DNA of 5,873 nucleotides from Octopus sinensis. Taxonomy: Eukaryota. The notes beneath the pieces were generated by a model. That model made no database searches. It worked only from the letters and a program-made list of their open reading frames with translations, and had not been told where the DNA came from. Where the stretch lies: positions 1 through 5,873 of the forward strand of contig NW_021829823.1 of assembly GCF_006345805.1 (NCBI RefSeq), written 5' to 3'. This document shows, piece by piece, positions 1 through 5,873 of the stretch; the stretch's first letter is position 1, and the number at the start of each line of letters is the position of its first letter. Made by a program: the position numbers and the translations under genes.

Positions 1-104
1 TGGTCAAAATACAGTTCGTAAAATTCAGAAGAGGTATTTAAAGGACAAATCTAATCATCTCACTACAATTGTCAGTTGTGGAACACGACTGTCACTAGTA
101 GTAC

Positions 105-147
105 ATAAACCTGATGATTGCATAATGCATGAAAGTATTGGTTTCAT
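105..147 (+). ncRNA. Decayed minimal type-I hammerhead-ribozyme-like motif (probable Penelope-like pLTR/retrozyme relic)
   Basis: AAAC(107-110)-CTGATGA(111-117)-T-TGCA/TAA/TGCA hairpin(119-129)-T-GAAA(131-134)-GTATTG-GTTT(141-144). Stem I AAAC:GTTT pairs, and stem III AGTATT(134-139) is one change from the palindrome AGTACT. Defects: T.T where the 10.1-11.1 pair should be, and G at position 17. Confidence 0.45.
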
Positions 148-260
148 CATTAAAAAAATACCTATAACATCTATTATTATAATATTGTAAAATTGTAAAA
201 ATTGCAAATAATAAAACGAGAAAACCAAACTAGGTTAGAATTTCATTGGTTAATGTGTAT

Positions 261-655
261 AGGAGTGGTTGTGTGGTAAGTAGCTTGTTTACCAGCCTCA
301 TGGTTCCGGGTTCAGTCCCACTGCGTGGCATCTTGGGCAAGTGTCTTCTACTATAGCCTCGGGCCGACCAAAGCTTTGTGGGTGGATTTGGTAGACGGAA
401 ACTGAAAGAAGCCCGTCTTATATATATGTATATATATATATATGCGTGTGTGTTTGTGTGTCTGCGTTTGTCCCCCTAGCATTGCTTGACAACCGATGCT
501 GGTGTGTTTATGTGCCCGTTACTTAGTGGTTCGGCAAAAGAGACCGATAGAATAAATACTGGGCGTACAAAAGAATGAGTCCCGGGGTCGAGTTGCTCGA
601 CAAAAAGTGGTGCTCCAGCATGGCCGCAGTCAAATAACTGATGCAAGTAAAAGAG
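261..655 (+). mobile_element. tRNA-derived CORE-like SINE, family A (octopus OR/OK-type), near full length, copy 1
   Basis: A-box-like TGGTTGTGTGG, B-box-like GGTTCAGTCCC (309-319), CORE-like GTGGCATCTTGGGCAAGTGTCTT, internal (TA)n/(TG)n tract, and 3' end ...CAGCATGGCCGCAGTCAAATAACTGATGCAAGTAAAAGAG. Aligns along its length with the reverse complement of 1909-2304 and with 5654-5873. No clear TSD. Confidence 0.9.
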
Positions 656-829
656 TATATGTATATATATATATGACGCTACTTTCACTGTCCGTCTGCC
701 GAATCCACTCACAGGACTTTGGTCGGGTCGAGGCTACTTGTCGGAAACACTTGCCCAAGGTGTCATGCAATGGGACTGAACCCCGGACTATGTAGTTGGG
801 AAGCAAGCTTCTTACCACACAAATACGCC
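656..829 (-). mobile_element. Family A SINE 5' half (head plus CORE-like part), truncated at its internal (TA)n, more diverged, copy 2
   Basis: Reverse complement reads GGCGTATTTGTGTGGTAAGAAGCTTGCTTCCCAACTACATAGTCCGGGGTTCAGTCCCATTGCATGACACCTTGGGCAAGTG...GGACAGTGAAAGTAGCGTCATATATATATATACATATA, collinear with the first ~175 nt of copies 1, 3 and 4. Confidence 0.82.
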
Positions 830-1170
830 TTGGAAGGTTTCTTAAATATGTCCCTTTTTGTTTTTCTTTTGTCTTATTCTGTAATCCTTTTCGTTTGCTT
901 ATTTATCATCGTCATGGAAATAATGATAACTAACGATGAGATCAAAATCTTTTATAAGAACCTGACATGCTTGTACAAAATGTCAGTTTGTTTGCACCGA
1001 GACTTTTTCGTTTTTTGTCCTCATATTTTGGTCTCGCTGGTAGTTTATCTATTTTTATCTATATCTCTTATAACCAGCACTTAAACCCTTTCTGTTTTTT
1101 TTTTTTGTTTTTTAGTCGTAAAAGACTTTTGCTGTTTGTTGTTCACATAGATTGTATCTTCACCGACCCT

Positions 1171-1214
1171 TTTTATTATTTATTTATTTATTTATTTATT
1201 TATATATTTATTTA
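1171..1214. repeat. (TTTA)n microsatellite, imperfect
   Basis: ttttattatttatttatttatttatttatttatatatttatttat read directly. Confidence 0.85.
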
Positions 1215-1226
1215 TGTTTATCAGAT

Positions 1227-1521
1227 TCAGGCATTTTGACGTTGCCAAAAGTTCCTTTTGTTTAAATATTCAATTAGGAAGACAACCACCGATCCTTTCC
1301 ATTTTCTTTGACGGTTGTTGTTTGTTGGTTGTTGTTGTTTGTTTTGTTGGTTGTTGTGGTTGGTTGGTGTTGTTTGTTGTTTGTGTGTGGTGTTGTGTGT
1401 TGTTGTTGTTGTGTTGTTTTTTTGTTGCTGTTGTGCTGCTGTTGTTGTTGTTGTTTTCTTCTCTTCTTCTTCTGCTTCTTGTTTTTTTTGTTGTTGCTGT
1501 TGTTGTTGTTGTTGCTGTTGT

Positions 1522-1553
<32 letters not shown>

Positions 1554-1775
1554 TTGTTGTTGGTTGTTGTGTGGTGTTGTTGTTGCTGCTGCTGCTGATG
1601 ATGATGATGATGCTGTTGCTGTTGTTGTTGCTGCTGTTGCTGCTGCTGTTGTTGATGTTGCTGTTAATGATGATGATGAGGAGGAGGAGGAGGACGACGA
1701 CGACGACGATAATGATGGCAGAAATAGTGTCGGTGGTGGTGGTGGTAGTGGTGGTATCGGGGGAAGCAGCGGCAT
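1227..1775 (-). CDS. Possible low-complexity (Pro/Ser/Thr/Ala/Gln-rich) coding segment; unsupported, probably a by-product of the repeat
   Basis: Open frame MPLLPPIPPLPPPPPTLFLPSLSSSS...QQQQ, extending upstream without a stop to the TAA at 1842-1844. No recognisable domain and no convincing minus-strand splice acceptor. Confidence 0.12.
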
Positions 1776-1821
1776 TGTTGATGATGATGATGATGATGAT
1801 GATACCGAAGACGGTGATGAT
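1313..1821. repeat. Compound trinucleotide microsatellite array: degenerate GTT, CTT, GTT/GCT, GAT, GAG, GAC, GGT, GAT
   Basis: Successive triplet runs visible directly. It generates low-complexity ORFs in at least four frames. Confidence 0.95.
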
Positions 1822-1894
1822 ACTTTGCCTCCAGTCAGTCCTTACTGAGCAGACTTATTTATCATTTCAGTTTTCCAGCTGCGATCATTCATTC

Positions 1895-1908
1895 ATTCTT
1901 TTTTCTTT
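1895..1908. repeat. Target-site duplication (left) of SINE copy 3
   Basis: ATTCTTTTTTCTTT at 1895-1908 is identical to 2305-2318. Confidence 0.85.
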
Positions 1909-2304
1909 CTTTCTTTTTCTTTTACTTGTTTCAGTCATTTGACTGCGGCCATGCTGGAAGCACCGCCTTTTTAGGCGAGCAAATCGACCCCGGGACTTAT
2001 TCTTTGTAAGCCCAGTACTTATTCTAATCGGTCTCTTTTGCCGAACCGCTAAGTGACGGGGATAACACACCAGCATCGGTTCTCAAGCAATTTAGGGGGA
2101 CAAACACACAACACATACATATATATATATATACATATATACGACAGGCTTCTTTCAGTTTCCGTCTACCAAATCCACTCACAAGGCATTGGTCGGCCCG
2201 GGGCTATAGCGGAAGACACTTGCCCAAGATGCCACGCAGTGGGACTGAACCCGGAACCATGTGGTTGGTTAGCAAGCTACTTACCACACACCCACTCCTG
2301 CGCC
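1909..2304 (-). mobile_element. Family A SINE, full length with TSD, copy 3
   Basis: Minus strand starts GGCGCAGGAGTGGGTGTGTGGTAAGTAGC... and ends ...GCAGTCAAATGACTGAAACAAGTAAAAGAAAAAGAAAG. Flanked by a 14-bp direct repeat. Confidence 0.93.
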
Positions 2305-2318
2305 ATTCTTTTTTCTTT
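2305..2318. repeat. Target-site duplication (right) of SINE copy 3
   Basis: ATTCTTTTTTCTTT, identical to 1895-1908. Confidence 0.85.
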
Positions 2319-2632
2319 TTTTTTTTGTTTTGTATGTGCAGGTAATCTCGTTATCGAACATCCTAATTTGGAGAAGAAATTTCATGGCTATTTCTAAAAG
2401 AATATCGAATGACGTTTTTCGATATAATAGGATATGATTTGAGAGATTTCGGCTACTTTATCTTGCAAGTTGAGTCTCCCTTATATACCGGGTAGTATTT
2501 CCTTTGCTGTTTCTCACCCTCAATGAGTGCATTTATTACTTCGATATTTTCAGGTTATGTTTTAATTCTTAATTAAATGTTCTCCCGCTGCACTTGTTTC
2601 TAATAAAAGAAAATGATCATTTCTATATTTGG

Positions 2633-2815
2633 AGATAGCCATTCGTATGTATGCCAATAAATCACACGCTTCATTATATATCTTGTCTCCACATCGGCTT
2701 TATTATTATTCTTGTTTGAACGTCTTTTGTCCAGAAACCTTTCGTCACACATCCTGTGACCTCTTCAGCGACACTCCATCCCACGTGTCTCCTCTTGTAC
2801 GTGTGGGTTATTAGC
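2633..2815 (-). mobile_element. Probable Penelope-like element pseudo-LTR or retrozyme remnant
   Basis: Minus strand carries a hammerhead core followed by AATAATAATAAA (2698-2710). The 2633-2714 part recurs at 3578-3652, so it is an interspersed repeat. No RT or GIY-YIG ORF is in the window, and the boundaries are approximate. Confidence 0.5.
2728..2773 (-). ncRNA. Minimal type-I hammerhead ribozyme motif (PLE-type)
   Basis: Minus strand TGTCG-CTGAAGA-G-GTCACA/GGATG/TGTGAC-GAAA-GGTTTC-TGGACA: intact core, perfect 6-bp stem II, stem I TGTCG:TG(G)ACA, NUH triplet UUC. Confidence 0.65.
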
Positions 2816-2952
2816 AAAATAAAAAAAATGACCACCCCGAAATATAACGATATCTGTTTCAACATACAACTTCATATCAAGAATTTTGCAAAACAAATTT
2901 ATAAACGTAGAAACAATAATTTGCTTTTATTTTTCTTTCGAATTATGCAGGA

Positions 2953-2995
2953 TGTGTGTGGTGTTGTGTGTGTGTGTGTGTGTGTGGGGTGTGTG
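2953..2995. repeat. (GT)n microsatellite, imperfect
   Basis: tgtgtgtggtgttgtgtgtgtgtgtgtgtgtgtggggtgtgtg read directly. Confidence 0.9.
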
Positions 2996-3049
2996 CCTAT
3001 AGCTAAACATTTATAAGTTCTAAAAAAATTGCAGAAGAATTCGTTACTG

Positions 3050-3123
3050 GGCAGTTTAGCTTAATGGTAAAGCACTTGACGCGTAATCACAGGGATGATT
3101 CTCTCGAGTCTCATGGCTGGGCC
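3050..3123 (+). pseudogene. Decayed tRNA-like sequence (Thr-CGT-like pseudogene or isolated SINE head)
   Basis: GGCAGTT acceptor 5' strand; TAGCTTAATGGTAAAGC A-box/D-arm; TGA-CGCGTAA-TCA anticodon-like arm with CGT; ATGA...TCGAGT-CTCAT broken T-arm; GGCTG(GG)CC acceptor 3' strand; T5 run at 3133-3137. Confidence 0.5.
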
Positions 3124-3214
3124 GGTAACATATTTTTCTGCAATGTAGAAATAATTTATCCTGTTCACGCTATTTTATTAGCATTGTCACGCGTTTGAGA
3201 ATTAAAAAAATTAT

Positions 3215-3219
<5 letters not shown>

Positions 3220-3246
<27 letters not shown>
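3220..3246. repeat. (TA)n microsatellite
   Basis: Perfect TA run of 27 nt. Confidence 0.95.
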
Positions 3247-3577
3247 TTAAGTAGAGACGTTTTACGTCAACAGAAAAAGAATTACAGAACAATAGATTGG
3301 ATATTTTATGTTGTGATTAAAAGAAAGTGAAATCTATAAGTTCAAACAATTGTCTTTCTTTGAGAATTGAGAGAAAATACGTAGACGCGAAGCCGATTAA
3401 TTTTGCAATCGCTAATGAGGAACTGAATGGAGCGGGGTGTTATGGAGAGAGTGGGATAGAAGTACGAAAGTTAATGTAAGTAATTTGCGAACTGGATACT
3501 GGGAGAGGAAGTATGGGAGGACTTGTAACAAAACCCAGGTCAGTTGAAATAAGAGGGCTTGTGAAGACCACTGAAGT

Positions 3578-3652
3578 AGATAGTCATATGTTTGCCAATA
3601 AAACACACGCGTTATATATCTTGTCTTCACATCAGCCTTATTATTATTCTTG
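3578..3652 (+). repeat. Diverged direct repeat of 2633-2714 (second fragment of the same interspersed element)
   Basis: AGATAGTCATATGTTTGCCAATAAAACACACGCGTTATATATCTTGTCTTCACATCAGCCTTATTATTATTCTTG aligns to AGATAGCCATTCGTATGTATGCCAATAAATCACACGCTTCATTATATATCTTGTCTCCACATCGGCTTTATTATTATTCTTG with two short gaps. Confidence 0.85.
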
Positions 3653-3714
3653 AATATGCTAAAGACTTCTATGGGTTTACTAAAGAGATCATTTTCATTT
3701 TCTGTAAATATAAC

Positions 3715-4104
3715 TGGAAGCACTCCGTCGGTTACGACGATGAGGGTTCCGGTTGATCCGAATCAATGGAACAGCCTGCTCGTGAAATTAACGTGTAAGT
3801 GGCTGAGCACTCCACAGACACGTGTACCCTTAACGTAGTTCTCGGGGATATTCAGCGTGACACAGAGAGTGACAAGGCCGGCCCCTTGAACTACAGGTAC
3901 AATAGAAACAGGAAGTAAGAGTGAGAGAGAAAGTTGTGGCGAAAGAGTACAGCAGGGATCACCACCATCCCCTGCCGGAGCCTCGTGGAACTTTTTTAGG
4001 TGTTTTCGCTCAATAAACACTCACAACGCCCGGTCTGGGAATCGAAACCGCGATCGTATGACCGCGAGTCCGCTGCCCTAACCACTGGGCCATTGCGCCT
4101 CCAC
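3715..4104 (-). mobile_element. tRNA-derived SINE, family B (octopus OR-type), full length with TSD
   Basis: Minus strand GTGGAGGCGCAATGGCCCAGTGGTTAGGGCAGCGGACTCGCGGTCATACGATCGCGGTTTCGATTCCCAGACCGGGCG: A box at 4082-4092, B box GGTTTCGATTCC at 4038-4049. TSD GTAAATATAAC at 3704-3714 and 4107-4117. Not homologous to family A beyond the tRNA-like head. Confidence 0.9.
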
Positions 4105-4534
4105 TCGTAAATATAACATAGCCATGCAAAAACAGGTTGTCTGACGAAAGAAAAGAGACGGCATTATGCCGAAAACGTAAATAGTATTCTTAAAAAGTGG
4201 TCTGAACCTCGAACAAGACAAACGTATGGTGGCAATCCAGTAGCGGAAATAGCCGTGGAATAGAAACAATAAATCAAAGGAGCCAAGAAATAACCAAAAA
4301 AAAAAAAAAGGAACAATTTAGAGACAATTTCAGATGCACCCACAATGGACTTTATTGAAATAATCTTTAGTAATTTCAGATGTAAAACGCTTCAGTTATA
4401 GAAATTGCCAGAATGATGACTTTAACAAAAGAAGATATGACTTGCGTGTATCCTTTTTGATATACTGTTCCCAAAACAAAAATTATTTTACGTTCTCCTC
4501 GAAAGCTTATAAAATTCTTATGACGTCAAGACTG

Positions 4535-4653
4535 TATATATATACATATATAACTATACATACATATACATTATATATATATATGTATATATACATATAT
4601 ACATGTATGTATGAAATATATGTATTATGTATATATATATATATATATATATA
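4535..4653. repeat. Compound (TA)n/(TACA)/(TATG) microsatellite
   Basis: Read directly. Confidence 0.9.
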
Positions 4654-4776
4654 CTTTATTTTAAGCAGCAGAAAATTCTACAAAATCTGTTACTCTGATT
4701 TTCTCGTTGCCGTTCATCAGACATGTTCACTAACAAAATTCCGTGCTGCATCCGAAGTGAATCTAACGGATTTTGG

Positions 4777-5146
4777 TATATATATATATATATACACGCA
4801 CATTCATACAAACATATATACATACATAACAACATACATATATAATATATAATACATACATACTACATAATACATACATACATACAGCACATACATACGT
4901 ACATAGATACATACACACATCCATACGTAGATAGATACATACACACGTTCATACGTACATATATATATATATACATACATACATACATACATACATACAT
5001 ACATACATACATACATACATACATACATGCATACATATACAAAAGTGTGTTTGTATCTGTCTGTCTCTGTGCCTGTGTGGCTATGTGGGTACGTGCGTAC
5101 GTGTGTGTGCGCGCGTACATGTGTGTATGCGCGCGCGCGTTTGTGT
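4777..5146. repeat. Compound microsatellite: (TA)n, degenerate then perfect (ATAC)n (4971-5028), then TG/CG-rich alternating tract
   Basis: Read directly. Includes a 28-bp higher-order repeat at 4894-4961. Confidence 0.92.
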
Positions 5147-5653
5147 TAATATTTAGTTAGCTAACATTAATTTTTCTAGAATTTTGTTTGCTTTGACATC
5201 ATATGCATTGATTGTAGTGTAAACTTTGAGTTGATACGTTTTCATTGGTCGTTGAATATCGTAGGAAATTATAGTGTTTGTTTAGTCTTTAACTTTAACA
5301 CACAGAAGGAAATATTCATAATATTTCTGTCGTATGAATGTTTTTGTTAAGATTTCTTATTAGACAGACAAATGTTTAATTTAGATACGTTCATATACAA
5401 ATAAAAATGTCTACGAACTGTTTATATATCTGTTGTTCCAAAACGTATCCAGCAGACTTGATTCCAATTACCTTTAATGGTTACGCAATATTTTTACAAA
5501 GCAAAACCAGACAGGAGTTCTTGACTAAAGATGATAATAGAATACGTAAATAAAGCTTAAAATTAACGATAGACACAGAGGTCTCTCGACTCTACTCTCT
5601 TATATAAGTACACTAAACATGCCTGCAATAAACATATAAACAAGATTAGATAA

Positions 5654-5873
5654 GGCGCAGGAGTGGCTGTGTGGTAAGTAGCTTGCTTACCAACCACATG
5701 GTTCCGGGTTCAGTCCCACTGTGTGGCACCTTGGGCAAGTGTCTTCTACTATAGCCCCGGGCCGACCAATGCCTTGTGAGTGGATTTGGTAGACGGAAAC
5801 TGAAAGAAGCCTGTCGTATATATGTATATATATATATATGTATGTGTGTGTTTGTGTTTGTCCCCCTATCACG
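5654..5873 (+). mobile_element. Family A SINE, copy 4, cut by the window end
   Basis: GGCGCAGGAGTGGCTGTGTGG head, A box 5664-5674, B box GGTTCAGTCCC 5707-5717, CORE-like GTGGCACCTTGGGCAAGTGTCTT 5723-5745, internal (TA)n/(TG)n. Confidence 0.92.

Noticed and set aside
476-818. ORFs 476-712(-), 607-795(+), 630-818(-)
   Set aside because: They lie within SINE copies 1 and 2. The same peptide (EDTCPRCH..GLNPEPCGW-like) recurs in the ORFs at 2053-2397 and 5687-5872, showing it is just translated SINE.
719-1239. ORFs 719-1084(+) and 967-1239(+), hydrophobic and membrane-protein-looking
   Set aside because: The F/L/I/Y richness comes from T-rich DNA and a (TTTA)n repeat, one ORF begins inside a SINE, and no domain is recognisable.
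1214-1942. Plus-strand ORFs of 242, 96 and 177 aa (poly-L/V/C/M/D)
   Set aside because: All three frames are open only because GTT/GCT/GAT repeats lack stops. The poly-Cys and poly-Leu products are not credible.
3650-4020. ORFs 3650-3838(+) and 3763-4020(-)
   Set aside because: They are largely within the family B SINE.
3652-4147. Frame obtained by removing the family B SINE: EYAKDFYGFTKEIIFIFCKYNIAMQKQVV-stop
   Set aside because: Too short, followed by several stops, and no family can be assigned with confidence.
4270-4309. AATAAA followed by an A14 run, like a processed-transcript 3' end
   Set aside because: No TSD or upstream coding or retroelement sequence could be identified, and A-runs are common here.
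4655-4776. Minus-strand CTGATGA-A-CG(GCAA)CG-A-GAAA (4698-4720), a fourth hammerhead-like string
   Set aside because: Stem II is only 2 bp, there is an extra base before GAAA, and there is no stem I or palindromic stem III. The segment looks more like a fragment of some other interspersed repeat between two microsatellites, which I cannot confirm.
4442-5120. ORFs 4442-4852(+), 4804-5028(-), 4863-5120(-)
   Set aside because: These are translations of (TA)n/(TACA)n microsatellites (YIYI, MYVC repeats).
5309-5327. Hairpin GAAATATT-CAT-AATATTTC
   Set aside because: An 8-bp AT-rich inverted repeat is expected by chance in this composition.
1-5873. CRISPR array, prokaryotic operon or defence system
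   Set aside because: There are no regularly spaced repeat-spacer units and no gene-dense organisation. The content is typical eukaryotic repeat DNA.

Overview
AT-rich, repeat-dense eukaryotic non-coding DNA (intergenic or intronic). The organism is most likely a coleoid cephalopod (Octopus); this is inferred from recognising the SINE families, not from a database search. No credible protein-coding gene is present. The window holds four copies of a tRNA-derived, CORE-like SINE (family A: 261-655 +, 656-829 -, 1909-2304 - with a 14-bp TSD, 5654-end +) and one full-length copy of a second tRNA-derived SINE (family B: 3715-4104 -, 11-bp TSD). It also has a ~510-bp compound trinucleotide array, several di/tetranucleotide microsatellites, a decayed tRNA-Thr-like sequence and a ~80-bp diverged direct repeat. 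The signal these features do not explain is a pair of minimal type-I hammerhead-ribozyme-like motifs of the kind found in Penelope-like element (PLE) pseudo-LTRs and retrozymes. One is nearly intact (2728-2773, -) and one is decayed (105-147, +). Both have CUGANGA / stem II / GAAA / 6-nt self-complementary stem III and a downstream AATAAA. Most listed ORFs are artefacts of SINEs and microsatellites.
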